Counted from the first letter of the stretch, positions 28,390 to 39,070 are shown. The stretch: 64,000 nucleotides of DNA from Candidatus Oxydemutatoraceae bacterium (GCA_965219575.1 OZ244779.1:1900769-1964768), one strand, 5' to 3'. Notes: generated from the letters alone by a model not told the origin. Numbers and translations are program-made.

Positions 28390-30243
28390 CTATTCGATAG
28401 GCTCCCGAGCACTTAATGTTGTTTTTCCGAAATAAGCATCCAAAACTCGGCGAGCTACGGGGGCTGCATATTTTGAACCGCTACCGCTGTGTTCGACAAC
28501 GACCGCAATTGCGATTTCCGGTGCCGACGATGGCGCAAAGCCGATGAACATTGCGTGGTCACGCAACTCTCTTTGCAACTCGATTTCTTTCTCTTTCTGT
28601 CTATCGAGAATACGACGGGTTTGTACGGTACCGGTTTTGCCGGCAATTTTATATTCGGCAAATTGCCCGATTTTATAAGCGGTTCCGTTGGGACGGTGTA
28701 CCGTATCGACCATCGCGTCTATCACATAACCCCAATCTTGTTGCGAATTATCCTCCAGTTGTACGGGTAATTCGGGTATTTTTTTTTGCCACTCGGCCTG
28801 TCCGGTTTTGCGATGCGCTTGCACTAAATAAGGTGTTATTCTTTTGCCTCTATTGGCGAGTGTTGCGGTCATCACCGCCAGCTGTAAAGGGGTCGTTAGT
28901 AAATAACCTTGTCCTATACCCATCATAATCGTCTCGGCGGGAAACCATTTTTCGTTACGTTTAGAATATTTCCATTGCGGGGTCGGAACCAAACCCGGGG
29001 CTTCGGCAGCCGTATCGATATTCGTTTTATACCCCAACCCAAAATCTTGCAGAAACGAGGACAACCTCGATACACCCATGCGATACGCAGTGTCGTAAAA
29101 GAACACATCACACGATTGCGTTATCGATAAACTTAAATCTACCAAACCGTGTCCCTGTTCTCGCCAATCTCTATAGTGACGTTGGAAACCGGGGATTTGA
29201 TAATAAGGGCCTGCATACATCCGATACGACGGATCGACGATTTTGAATTTCAATGCAGCCAGTCCGACCACCGGCTTGAGCGTGGAACCGGGTGCATACT
29301 GCCCACTCACTGCGCGATGAAAAAAAGGATTAAACGAATTATCGGCTCTGAGTTCTGCGTATTTTTTCTCCGAAAAATTATAGGTGAACAAATTAGGGTT
29401 AAAGGTCGGCTTGCTGACCATCGCCAATACGGCACCGCTACGCGGGTTCAATGCAACAACCGCCCCCTGATGTTTTGCCAGTGCCTCGTAGGCAACCCGT
29501 TGCAAACGAGTATCTATGGTTAGCATAATATCGTCCCCGGCCAACGCCGGACGCAAATTAGTACTCGCAAGTATCTTCCTACGCGCATTGACTTCCACTC
29601 TGCGTAAACCCAATTTTCCGCGCAACATGGGTTCGTAATATTTTTCTATGCCCGTCTTGCCGATATCGTCGCGATCTAAATAATTCTTTCTATCAATTCT
29701 GGCTAGATCTTCGGAGTCTACCGTGCCGACATAGCCTACGACATGTGAGAATAGATGATTTTCGGGATAATAACGAACTAGACGACCGACGATTTCTACT
29801 TCGGGCATGTGATAAAGTTCGGACGCTATCCGTGCCACTTCCTCCTCGAAGAGATTGGACTGTAAAACCAATCTCTGCGAGTTCGGATTTGCCTTAATCC
29901 TACTTTCTAAATCGGATAATTCCCCGATGTTTAGATGCGGCAGACTCTGCAACTTTTCTATAACGGCATCTCTATCGGTGATTAGATCGGGTAAAAGTTC
30001 AAGGTCGTAACTTGTGCGGTTTGCCGCCAAGATCCGGCCTTTACTGTCGTATATCAACCCACGCTGAGGACTGATAGATCTCAGATCGAAACGATTACCG
30101 TCCGATGTTGTTCGATAATCGCTATATCGGGTAACCTGCAGGTTGTATAAGTTATACAGCAGTACCGAGAGCAGTATTAGGATAATGATAGTGGCGATTA
30201 AAACTCTGGACTTAAAAAGCCGCTTGGGTATATAATCCACCAC
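28390..30243 (-). CDS. mrdA: Penicillin-binding protein 2
   Basis: RGLIYD, PGSTLKP, SCD, KTGT; adjacent to rodA. Confidence 0.94.
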   Translation of the reverse strand: MVDYIPKRLFKSRVLIATIIILILLSVLLYNLYNLQVTRYSDYRTTSDGNRFDLRSISPQRGLIYDSKGRILAANRTSYDLELLPDLITDRDAVIEKLQSLPHLNIGELSDLESRIKANPNSQRLVLQSNLFEEEVARIASELYHMPEVEIVGRLVRYYPENHLFSHVVGYVGTVDSEDLARIDRKNYLDRDDIGKTGIEKYYEPMLRGKLGLRRVEVNARRKILASTNLRPALAGDDIMLTIDTRLQRVAYEALAKHQGAVVALNPRSGAVLAMVSKPTFNPNLFTYNFSEKKYAELRADNSFNPFFHRAVSGQYAPGSTLKPVVGLAALKFKIVDPSYRMYAGPYYQIPGFQRHYRDWREQGHGLVDLSLSITQSCDVFFYDTAYRMGVSRLSSFLQDFGLGYKTNIDTAAEAPGLVPTPQWKYSKRNEKWFPAETIMMGIGQGYLLTTPLQLAVMTATLANRGKRITPYLVQAHRKTGQAEWQKKIPELPVQLEDNSQQDWGYVIDAMVDTVHRPNGTAYKIGQFAEYKIAGKTGTVQTRRILDRQKEKEIELQRELRDHAMFIGFAPSSAPEIAIAVVVEHSGSGSKYAAPVARRVLDAYFGKTTLSAREPIE

Positions 30244-30254
30244 TATTTCAGAAG

Positions 30255-30782
30255 TTATGATTTATAACGTTTGATACTTCGGGTAATCTCTTGCTGCATT
30301 TTTTCGGGTGCCAACCAACCCTCTACCTTTACCCATTTATCGGTCTCGAGCTTCTTATAATGCTCAAAAAAGTGGACGATTTGATCGAGTAGATTTTGAT
30401 CCAACTGTTCGACGCGATCTATGTGGTCATAACCGCTGTTCATACCTTTCTCGGGCATCGCCAGCAACTTAAGATCGCGGCCCGATTCATCGCTCATGTC
30501 GAGTGCCCCCAAAGGGCGGCTCGGTATCACGCATCCCACCATCAAAGGCGTCGGGGTGACGACTAAAACATCCAGAGGGTCGCCATCTTCGGAAAGGGTT
30601 TGCGGAACAAAACCGTAATTCGCAGGATAATACATAGGAACATTCATAAATCTGTCAACCCATACCGAACCGCTCTCTTTATCGAGTTCATACTTGATAG
30701 GATCGGCGTGCGCCGGTATTTCTATGACGACATTCAATACTTCGGATACCGAATCGCTTGCGGGTATCTTATCTACATTCAT
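30255..30782 (-). CDS. ppa: Inorganic pyrophosphatase
   Basis: KYELDK, YPANYG, DGDPLDVLV, FFEHYK. Confidence 0.95.
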   Translation of the reverse strand: MNVDKIPASDSVSEVLNVVIEIPAHADPIKYELDKESGSVWVDRFMNVPMYYPANYGFVPQTLSEDGDPLDVLVVTPTPLMVGCVIPSRPLGALDMSDESGRDLKLLAMPEKGMNSGYDHIDRVEQLDQNLLDQIVHFFEHYKKLETDKWVKVEGWLAPEKMQQEITRSIKRYKS

Positions 30783-30795
30783 GTTTTAGAGGCCT

Positions 30796-31125
30796 TTATT
30801 GTTCGGCGGACTCGGCAACGGCATCCGCCACCATTTTCTGCAATTCGCCTTTCTCGAATAGTTCGACAACGATGTCACACCCGCCGACCAATTCACCGTC
30901 GATATAAATTTGCGGAAATGTAGGCCAGTTTGCAAAATGCGGCAGATTCTGAAAAATATCGGGGTCCGACAATACATTGACATATGCGAATTCATGACCG
31001 CAATGTTGCAACGCCATAGCCGCCCTACTTGAAAAACCACATTGGGGCATTTGGGGGGTACCCTTCATGTAGATAATAACGGCATTATCTTCAACCTGTT
31101 TTTTAATTTTGTCCATTATGTTCAT
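30796..31125 (-). CDS. grxD: Monothiol glutaredoxin Grx4
   Basis: MKGTP, CGFS, WPTFPQ, GGCD. Confidence 0.95.
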   Translation of the reverse strand: MNIMDKIKKQVEDNAVIIYMKGTPQMPQCGFSSRAAMALQHCGHEFAYVNVLSDPDIFQNLPHFANWPTFPQIYIDGELVGGCDIVVELFEKGELQKMVADAVAESAEQ

Positions 31126-31251
31126 TGAGTTTCTCCGGTTATAAAATCATTAAATTATATATAAATTGAGCATTGTTGTATTTTACAAGGCTTTGACAGA
31201 GATACAATACGACGGACGAAATAAAGACTCGTCGTTATTGAAAGGTCTAAA

Positions 31252-32064
31252 TCAATAGAAGGCTGCGCGACGGCGGTGATAGTATTTAACATCGCGAAAC
31301 GATGCTCTGCCTTCTTTACCGACCCCCATATAGAGTTCTTGTATATCCTCGCGTTCCATCATCTCTTCTGCACTGCCTTTGGTGACAACACGGCCGTTTT
31401 CTATGACATAGCCATAATCTGCATAATTTAGGGCAATAACCGCATTCTGTTCGGCAACCAAGAAACTAACGCCTTCATTTTTATTCAAGTCTCTAACTAT
31501 CTTGAATACCTCTTCGACAAACTGTGGTGCCAGACCCATAGAGGGTTCGTCCAAAAGGATAAGGCGCGGACGCGCCATCAGTGCGCGACCTATGGCGGTC
31601 ATTTGCTGTTCACCGCCCGATGTGAAACCGGTTAGGCTTTTACGTCGATCCCGGATACGCGGAAAATATTCGTAGACTTTTTCTAAATCTTCTTTTATTT
31701 CGGCCTGGGTTGCCGTCTTTCTTATAAAAGAACCGGTTAATAGGTTCTCTTCGACGCTAAGACGAGGGAAACAGTGGCGACCCTCTAGAACTTGAACCAC
31801 GCCGCCTTTGACTAGATCGTACGGCATCATTTCGGCAATGTTATCACCGTCGTATTCTATAGAACCTTTGGTTACCACACCGCGTTCGGCGTGTAATAAA
31901 TTTGAACATGCCTTGAGCGTAGTCGTTTTCCCGGCACCGTTGGCACCCAACAAAGAGACGACACTCCCTTCGGGCACCTCTAAGGTCACGCCGCGCAATG
32001 CCAATATCACCTGACTATATACGACTTCTATGTTTTGTATCGATAGTAGTATTTTTCCTGCCAC
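31252..32064 (-). CDS. ABC transporter ATP-binding protein, LivF-like
   Basis: GANGAGKTT, SGGEQQM, LLDEPSMGLAP. Confidence 0.9.
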   Translation of the reverse strand: MAGKILLSIQNIEVVYSQVILALRGVTLEVPEGSVVSLLGANGAGKTTTLKACSNLLHAERGVVTKGSIEYDGDNIAEMMPYDLVKGGVVQVLEGRHCFPRLSVEENLLTGSFIRKTATQAEIKEDLEKVYEYFPRIRDRRKSLTGFTSGGEQQMTAIGRALMARPRLILLDEPSMGLAPQFVEEVFKIVRDLNKNEGVSFLVAEQNAVIALNYADYGYVIENGRVVTKGSAEEMMEREDIQELYMGVGKEGRASFRDVKYYHRRRAAFY

Positions 32065-32085
32065 GGCTTATCTTGATTCTTTATT

Positions 32086-32124
32086 AAAAAAGAGGGCAGG
32101 AAGATGTTTAATCTTCCCACCCTC
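32086..32124 (-). terminator. Rho-independent terminator-like hairpin after the substrate-binding protein gene
   Basis: GAGGG..GGAAGAT-N5-ATCTTCC..CCCTC preceded by an A run (U tract on the - strand). Confidence 0.7.
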
Positions 32125-32151
32125 ATTCACATATAATTGACTGTTTATGAA

Positions 32152-33513
32152 TTAAATATCGAAGTCATCTCTATCTTCCGGATTGTTGCAATCGCGTTGC
32201 TTGAACTCAGGATTTTCTTCAACGTATTTTGCAGCGTTTTCATTCACGACTTGGCGAGAAAAATCGCTACTGCCGTCAATCCAGCCACTGATCAACTTCC
32301 ACTCGCGTGCATCGGCATCCCATTGCTGGAAGCGTGCCAAGTGCACGGCTGCATGATCCATGCAGGTTACCTGTATAGGCGGTACGACATCCATCAGTCC
32401 CATTTCGTTCAGATCGTCTTGGGTCAAACTAATGTTTTCAAAACCCCAACGCACTTGTGCGCTCGTGAGTTCTTTACCGAAACGCTTTTGCGCAACACGG
32501 ATTGCCTCTGCAGACATAACCGCAGCCCAAAGGCCTAAGTTCCAGTAGACACTCCCGATGCGAGAGCGATCTTCCAGATCACCTTTGCCTTGGTTGTAAA
32601 GACTTTCGATAATTTCTTGGGCTACCGGGAAATCGGTACCGGCACGATGCACCGTCACCGCTTGATAGCCGTCGGCAGTTTTACCGGCGGGAATTACGTC
32701 TTCGTCCGAGTTGCTCCACTCGTTGCCGATTAGATTGGACACCGAGTAGCCGGTGCGAGCGGCAGTCTGCATAGCGACCGGATTCATAACACCCCAGCCT
32801 CTTAAAAAGACATAAGCGGGCTTGAGTCTACGAATTTTCAGCCATTGAGAACCTTGCTCGTTACCGGGGTGGGGAACTTCTATAGGCTCGTGTGTGAAAC
32901 CGTATTGCTCACCTAATCCGGTCAAGAACTCATTGGCTTCACGACCGTAAGGCGAACCGTGATACAAAGTCACGATAGTCTCACCTTTGAGCTTATCCAT
33001 GCCTCCCATTTGCTGCCCCATGTGCTTGATCGTTGCGAAGGCAAAGTCATAAGCATTGGTGCCCAAGGGAAATTGATAAGGGAAAACATCGCCGCGTTCG
33101 GTTTCCGTTCTACCGTGGTTTACACTGATAATGGAAATTTTATCACGACGCCCTTGCTCGATTAGGCCGGATGAAATACCTACACTCAGAGGGTCAAAAT
33201 AAAGTGCTTCACCTAATTCGCTTTTCTTTTGGCGGTGATAGCATTCTATACCTTTAGTTCTGTTGTATTCCGTCTCGCATTCGTCCCAGACTACTTGGAC
33301 GCCACCGATACCACCATCGCGCTCGTTCAAGAGCGTGTAGTAGTCGATAATGCCTCCAAAGTACCCGGTACCACCTGCGGCATAAGGACCAGTTCGGTAG
33401 ACAGGCATAGGAACATAATACTGCGCATCAGCTCCATGATTGTCTGCAGCTGCCGGGAGCGAACCCAGCAACATAGCTACCATTGTGGTCATAAGTACAA
33501 ATAATTTTTTCAT
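32152..33513 (-). CDS. ABC transporter substrate-binding protein, Liv/PBP1 type
   Basis: Signal peptide, YRTGPYA, ECETEY, LRGWGVM; ATG at 33513 has a GGAGG RBS. Confidence 0.88.
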   Translation of the reverse strand: MKKLFVLMTTMVAMLLGSLPAAADNHGADAQYYVPMPVYRTGPYAAGGTGYFGGIIDYYTLLNERDGGIGGVQVVWDECETEYNRTKGIECYHRQKKSELGEALYFDPLSVGISSGLIEQGRRDKISIISVNHGRTETERGDVFPYQFPLGTNAYDFAFATIKHMGQQMGGMDKLKGETIVTLYHGSPYGREANEFLTGLGEQYGFTHEPIEVPHPGNEQGSQWLKIRRLKPAYVFLRGWGVMNPVAMQTAARTGYSVSNLIGNEWSNSDEDVIPAGKTADGYQAVTVHRAGTDFPVAQEIIESLYNQGKGDLEDRSRIGSVYWNLGLWAAVMSAEAIRVAQKRFGKELTSAQVRWGFENISLTQDDLNEMGLMDVVPPIQVTCMDHAAVHLARFQQWDADAREWKLISGWIDGSSDFSRQVVNENAAKYVEENPEFKQRDCNNPEDRDDFDI

Positions 33514-34047
33514 TATTTCCTCCATAATTACTTTTAATCAAAAGTCGCTGCATCCTTGCAACTTCCTTCCTGAAATTTTAGCTAGTTACTAATAACTAAT
33601 TAACCAGCCTCCTTTAAGTGCTCATCCATAAGAAACTGCATAAAGAAGTCTGTCTAAACAGAGTAGCCTAACATATATTCAAACATACTGCAATAATCGG
33701 GGAAAACCCTTAAATTCTACGGCTTATTCATCCCAACCGAGGTATAACATATTTGATTTTAATGGCTTTATACAACTTTCCGAACGGCTACCGTTCTACC
33801 CCTATACTCGGTTAATAAATTGATTTATTTTTAATCCGTATCGGTACGATAAAATCCATCGCTGTTCGCGTTTATAGAATTTCGGCTCTTTCGAAGATTT
33901 TATAAAAACACTCGGTGAATTTCTTATGTGAAATTTCATTTTATTGTAATATATACGCTTGAATACTTCCTAAGATTAAAAATATCGTCCCCACATGTCA
34001 GCAAATTTGTTACAGCATACATACAATCAGAAAATCAAAACCCACTC

Positions 34048-35166
34048 ATGCTGAATACGCTGCTCAAAAAAAAGTATCAGGTACTTCTAGAAAAAGCGGA
34101 TATAAAAATTAACGGTACCCGACCTTGGGATATACAGGTGCACAATGAAAATTTATACAAAAGAGTATCGCTACAAGGTTCGCTGGGTTTAGGCGAAGCC
34201 TATATGGACGGTTGGTGGGAATGTGAGCGCATAGAGGAGCTGGTGATGCGAGTCCTCCGGCATAAGATCTACGGTTCTATGAAATCCTTCTCGTATTTAT
34301 ACGATTTTTTTCTAAGTGTATGCCTCAATTTGCAAAAGATTAAGCGCGCTTTTAGGGTCGGAGAACTACACTACGACTTGAGTTACGAATTATTCGAGGC
34401 GATGCTCGATAAGCGTATGATTTATAGTTGCGGCTACTGGAAAACGGCAAACAACCTCGACGATGCACAAGAAGCGAAACTCAAGCTGATTTTCGATAAA
34501 TTATTATTGAAACCCGGTATGCGTTTGCTCGATATAGGCTGTGGGTGGGGTGGTGCCGCTCGCTACGCCGCCGAACATTACGATGTGTCGGTGACCGGCA
34601 TTACAATTTCTAAAGAGCAAGCGCGTTACGCACGGAATAACTGTCGCGGACTACCCATAGAAATACATTTGCAAGATTATAGAAAATTGAATACACAATA
34701 CGATCGTGTTTATTCAATAGGAATGTTCGAACATGTAGGCCGTAAAAATCACAAGACCTATCTTCAAGCCGTACGCAATGCTTTAACATCGGAGGGTCTG
34801 TCGGTGCTTCATACTATCGGCAACAATACGACAAATTATATTACCGATCCTTGGATCTCCAGATATATATTCCCCAACTCTCTGATCCCTTCGGCGAAAC
34901 AAATCACGACTGCCTGCGAAGATCGCTTCGTGATAGAAGACTGGCAAAATTTCGGGCTCGATTATGCCGAGACATTACTCGCATGGTTCGGTAATTTCAA
35001 TGCACACTGGGAAAAAATCAAGCAAAGTTACGATGAACGTTTTTACAGAATGTGGAAGTATTACTTGCTAAGTTGCGCCGGTGCCTTCTTGGCGAGAGAC
35101 TGCAATACTTGGCAAATCGTCTTATCTCCGAACGGTACTCGGCAGTGCTATCACGCACCCAGATAA
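34048..35166 (+). CDS. cfa: Cyclopropane fatty acyl phospholipid synthase
   Basis: SLGLGEAYMDGWW, HYDL, YSCGYW, LDIGCGWG, SIGMFEHVG; start chosen at ATG 34048 (track 33928). Confidence 0.93.
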   Translation: MLNTLLKKKYQVLLEKADIKINGTRPWDIQVHNENLYKRVSLQGSLGLGEAYMDGWWECERIEELVMRVLRHKIYGSMKSFSYLYDFFLSVCLNLQKIKRAFRVGELHYDLSYELFEAMLDKRMIYSCGYWKTANNLDDAQEAKLKLIFDKLLLKPGMRLLDIGCGWGGAARYAAEHYDVSVTGITISKEQARYARNNCRGLPIEIHLQDYRKLNTQYDRVYSIGMFEHVGRKNHKTYLQAVRNALTSEGLSVLHTIGNNTTNYITDPWISRYIFPNSLIPSAKQITTACEDRFVIEDWQNFGLDYAETLLAWFGNFNAHWEKIKQSYDERFYRMWKYYLLSCAGAFLARDCNTWQIVLSPNGTRQCYHAPR

Positions 35167-35170
35167 CGCG

Positions 35171-35202
35171 AAAAAACCGAGGCAATGCGTACATCGCCTC
35201 GG
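35171..35202 (-). terminator. Terminator between convergent cfa and comEA
   Basis: A6 followed by CCGAGGC-N12-GCCTCGG. Confidence 0.65.
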
Positions 35203-35233
35203 AATCCACTAAGAGGTACGGTATATAAATCCC

Positions 35234-35587
35234 TTAGTTCGCTTTATCTACCTTAGAGGAAGTCGCTTTCGGGATAAGCGTTTTCTCCGCAGGCATCATA
35301 TGCTCGGTCGGTAAAACTTTGTCCTCCCGATCGGTCCCTACGGTTAGCATGTCTCTGTTTGCTTCTAAAATTGCCAACCCGATACCGTTCACCTTCAACA
35401 GCGCGTCGACACTTTCAAAATGACCGTGCTTGTTTCTGTATTCAACGATCGCAGCCGCTTTGACCGAACCGATATTATCCAGTTCGGTAAACTGTTGCAC
35501 CGTTGCAGTGTTGATATTGACTTCGGCATGAACAAGAGCGGTAAAGCAAAAAACCGCCGTTGCCATAATGGTTTTAAGTATATACAT
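35234..35587 (-). CDS. comEA: ComEA-family helix-hairpin-helix DNA-binding protein
   Basis: Signal peptide, VNINTA, IGSVKAAAIVEYR, VNGIG. Confidence 0.88.
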   Translation of the reverse strand: MYILKTIMATAVFCFTALVHAEVNINTATVQQFTELDNIGSVKAAAIVEYRNKHGHFESVDALLKVNGIGLAILEANRDMLTVGTDREDKVLPTEHMMPAEKTLIPKATSSKVDKAN

Positions 35588-35657
35588 AGTTTTTCTCCTT
35601 TAAGTTAATGAAAAGGACTATCTTAAAACCCTATACAATGACGATTTTCGGAAATCC

Positions 35658-35688
35658 GTCGAACGGTAGCAAATATCCGACGAACGGT
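35658..35688 (-). promoter_or_regulatory. Pair of AlgR/LytTR-like direct repeats upstream of comEA
   Basis: ACCGTTCGTC and ACCGTTCGAC on the - strand, 21-bp period. Confidence 0.5.
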
Positions 35689-35755
35689 CATAGACCGTGT
35701 ATGTGGGTGGACTAGCATGCCCATCCCGGGTGATTTAAGAATACTTTTTCGGTGA

Positions 35756-36961
35756 TTATGCGCTCTGCGCAGTATTTTCCTGCGTATCTTTTACCAAATC
35801 TATAGAATCACTGCTGTCCCATGTATGGCAACTAGGGCATTGCCAATAGAGTTGATGTGCCCTGAAACCGCATTTTCCACACATATAAAAATAATCCGAA
35901 CTCAGGCTCGCATTGATCTCGTCGATAATCTGACGAATCATTTTATCTTCGAATAATTCGGTGCCTTTGAGTTTTTCCTCCATAAAAATCTTCAGCACTT
36001 GCAACGGTGCCCGTTTGGTCTTGATCAAATAGAACAAGAACGCCTCGGCTTCGTCTATATGCTCCGCTTCGAACAGTGCTTGTATGTAATTCACTATATA
36101 CAAGACGGTCATATCCTTAATATCCAAGTTTTTTACATAGCGTGCATATTCGCTCGGATTATACGGTGAAAAACATTTTTTAATTTTAGGCAACAAGATA
36201 TCCGCATAACCCGGGTAATCCAAAAAGGCCCGAGAATAGCACCCGAGTGCTTTTTCTCTATCCTGCTTGCTCAGTGCCAGATCTCCTTGAATAATCTTTA
36301 CTCTGATAGACGATTGCTTGAAAGCTTGTGCTTTGGCTAAGTATTTTTGAGCCTTGCCGTAATTTTGTTCGGATAATTCTTTTTCGGCAAGTTCGCAATA
36401 GTAATGAACGATATGTCTGCTGTAGTCCGAACCTAAAGTCCGCAATCGTCGGGCGCATGTAATCGCTTGATGCCAAGATTTCTCGGTCTCGTAGATCGTA
36501 ACCAAACATCGATAGCCTCTGCGGAGCGTTTCCGGTGTGCCGATCTTAATCAATCGCTTAAAGACATCTTCGGCATTACTCAACAAACCGGCGTGCAGAT
36601 AATCCTGCCCCAATTCATACAGGGCTTCGGACTTGGCGGCATCGCTCAAACGGGAGCGTTGTATCAGATTGCTATGTATACGAATTGCTTTTTCCAGTTC
36701 ACCTTTGCGACGAAATAAATTTCCCAATAAAACATGCGTTTCCAAAGTCGTCATATCGACTCGGAAAAATCTGATGAAAATTTCTACGGCTTTATCGGTT
36801 TGTTGGTCGAGCAGATAATTTAAGCCTTTGATGTATTCGGGTGCGATATCTCGCTTGGAGTCATTGCGCTGGCTACAGGCTTGCCATCCGCTCAGTGCCG
36901 CAACCGGTAATAGTGCAATCGGCACTAAAACCCAGTACCAATCAAATACCAAATCTCCCAC
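35756..36961 (-). CDS. lapB: Lipopolysaccharide assembly protein B
   Basis: N-terminal TM, GLNYLL, LGNLFRRKGE, TPRs, C-terminal CxxC..WQCPSC rubredoxin domain. Confidence 0.9.
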   Translation of the reverse strand: MGDLVFDWYWVLVPIALLPVAALSGWQACSQRNDSKRDIAPEYIKGLNYLLDQQTDKAVEIFIRFFRVDMTTLETHVLLGNLFRRKGELEKAIRIHSNLIQRSRLSDAAKSEALYELGQDYLHAGLLSNAEDVFKRLIKIGTPETLRRGYRCLVTIYETEKSWHQAITCARRLRTLGSDYSRHIVHYYCELAEKELSEQNYGKAQKYLAKAQAFKQSSIRVKIIQGDLALSKQDREKALGCYSRAFLDYPGYADILLPKIKKCFSPYNPSEYARYVKNLDIKDMTVLYIVNYIQALFEAEHIDEAEAFLFYLIKTKRAPLQVLKIFMEEKLKGTELFEDKMIRQIIDEINASLSSDYFYMCGKCGFRAHQLYWQCPSCHTWDSSDSIDLVKDTQENTAQSA

Positions 36962-37016
36962 TACACATCAACCGTTTCTGACAACTACCGAAACCGGCAA
37001 TCGCTTTAGCCGTGTG

Positions 37017-37361
37017 TCAATCGTTATCGGAGTCATAAGCACTCGCTACGGCATCGCCACGACCGGCTTTGTTCAGGCGTCGGTTGACTAGGTTGCTGGG
37101 TTTGAAGTGAGGAATGTTTCGCCCGGAAACATTAATGATTTCTTTGGTTTTCGGATTACGCATGGTTTTAGACCTCTTGAAATGTAAAGTAAAAGAACCG
37201 AAGCCGCGAATCTCTATACGCTCCCCCAAACTAAGAACCTGACTCAGGTAATCAAAAGAACTCTGAACCGCGAGCTTAACATCTTCGTTCTGCAACCGAT
37301 CTTGTTTGTCCGCTATTCGCTCTATCAGGTGCGAGCGGCTAATCGCTGATTCGGAGTCCAT
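37017..37361 (-). CDS. ihfB: Integration host factor beta
   Basis: RIEIRGFGSF, RNPKT, PHFKP; follows rpsA. Confidence 0.88.
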   Translation of the reverse strand: MDSESAISRSHLIERIADKQDRLQNEDVKLAVQSSFDYLSQVLSLGERIEIRGFGSFTLHFKRSKTMRNPKTKEIINVSGRNIPHFKPSNLVNRRLNKAGRGDAVASAYDSDND

Positions 37362-37378
37362 CGGATTTTTTTGATACC

Positions 37379-39070
37379 TCAGTTTCTGCTCGAAAACAAT
37401 CCTTTAATAACATCCCCCAGCGAAGTCTTGGCAGGCTTCTTGGAAGTATATCCTTTGGTTATTTCTATTTGCTCGTCTTTCTCTTTTCTCTTTACCGACA
37501 AATTGATTCTAAAGTTTCTTCTATCGATACCGATGATTTTAGCTTCTATTTCTTCTCCTTTTTCTATTTCTTCTCTTTTTTCTGCGGAGGAATCCTCGGT
37601 GTTTTTGTCGTTCACCAATTCGGACTGCGGTATATAACCTCTGACATGTTCGGCTAAATCGATCATCACATACTTGTCCCCGGCACTTATCACTTTGCCT
37701 TTGACAACCGAACCTTTGGGATGTGCATTTAGATAATCACCCATAGGATCTTCTTCGAGCTGCCTAATGCTCAAAGAAACTCTGCTGCGCTTGACATCGA
37801 CATTCAGCAACGAAAACTTAACCGTGTCGCCTTTTTTGTATTTGCGTATCGCCTGTTCGGGATGTTCGGTATTGGAAATATCGTTAATATGAACCAAGCC
37901 GTCTATACCGAAATCTCCCAAGCCGACAAAAATACCGAAATCATTGATAGACTTAATCTCGCCTTCCATTTGAGTTCCCGGCGAATGTGTCTTGGCAAAC
38001 TCTTTCCACGGATTCGGCGCGCACTGCTTGATACCCAGCGATATTCTACGTTTCTCTTTGTCGATATCGAGTACCATAACATCTATTTCTTCGTTTTCGG
38101 ACACGACTTTAGACGGGTTTATGTTTTTATTTATCCAGTCCATCTCGGAGACATGTACTAAACCTTCGACATTGTCTTCTATTTCTACGAAACAACCGTA
38201 GTCGGTGATACTGGTGACCTTACCTTTTATACGCGCACCTTTAGGATAGCGTTCGATTAACTTGTCCCACGGGTCTTCACTCAGTTGCTTGAGTCCTAAA
38301 GAAATACGATTCTTCTCCTTGTCTACTTTAAGTATTTTGACATCTATTTCATCACCTACGGATAATACTTCGGAAGGTCGATGTATACGTTTCCATGCCA
38401 TATCGGTAATATGGAGTAAGCCGTCAAAGCCGTTGAAGCCGACGAAAGCACCGTAGTCGGTGATGTTTTTCACTATGCCTTTTACAACCGTTCCGCTTTC
38501 CAGATTTTTAAGCATTGCTTCCCGGTCGATGTTCCCTTCCGCTTCTAATACCGCACGTCTCGAAACGACGACATTATTACGACCTTGATCGAGTTTAATG
38601 ACCTTAAAGTCTAAGATTTTGCCTTCGAGATGATCGAGGTCGCGTACCGGCTGTACATCGGCGAGAGAACCCGGCAAAAAAGCCTCTACACTTAAAACGG
38701 AAACTATAAATCCTCCTTTGACTCTACCTTTCAAGACTCCTTGAACCGTCTTGCCGGCCTCGTGCATCGCTTCTAATCGCTGCCACGCTTCGATGATCTT
38801 CGCCTGTTCACGGGATAACACCGTTTCGCCGAAACCGTCCTCTAAACTTTCCACGGCAACTTCCACCGTATCTCCTTCGTCGACTTCCAGTTCGCCGTTG
38901 ATATTGTAAAATTCCTCTATCGGTATGATACCTTCGGATTTTAATCCTGCGTTGACAATGACACTGGTTTTAGTAATACCGGTTACTTTCCCTTTAATCA
39001 GAGAACCTATATCTACCTTCTGATTTTGCATTTTCTGCGAATCAAAAATATCGGAAAAATTTTCCATCAA
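37379..39070 (-). CDS. rpsA: 30S ribosomal protein S1
   Basis: Six S1 repeats; AFLPGSL, DGLLHITDMAW. Confidence 0.97.
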   Translation of the reverse strand: MMENFSDIFDSQKMQNQKVDIGSLIKGKVTGITKTSVIVNAGLKSEGIIPIEEFYNINGELEVDEGDTVEVAVESLEDGFGETVLSREQAKIIEAWQRLEAMHEAGKTVQGVLKGRVKGGFIVSVLSVEAFLPGSLADVQPVRDLDHLEGKILDFKVIKLDQGRNNVVVSRRAVLEAEGNIDREAMLKNLESGTVVKGIVKNITDYGAFVGFNGFDGLLHITDMAWKRIHRPSEVLSVGDEIDVKILKVDKEKNRISLGLKQLSEDPWDKLIERYPKGARIKGKVTSITDYGCFVEIEDNVEGLVHVSEMDWINKNINPSKVVSENEEIDVMVLDIDKEKRRISLGIKQCAPNPWKEFAKTHSPGTQMEGEIKSINDFGIFVGLGDFGIDGLVHINDISNTEHPEQAIRKYKKGDTVKFSLLNVDVKRSRVSLSIRQLEEDPMGDYLNAHPKGSVVKGKVISAGDKYVMIDLAEHVRGYIPQSELVNDKNTEDSSAEKREEIEKGEEIEAKIIGIDRRNFRINLSVKRKEKDEQIEITKGYTSKKPAKTSLGDVIKGLFSSRN

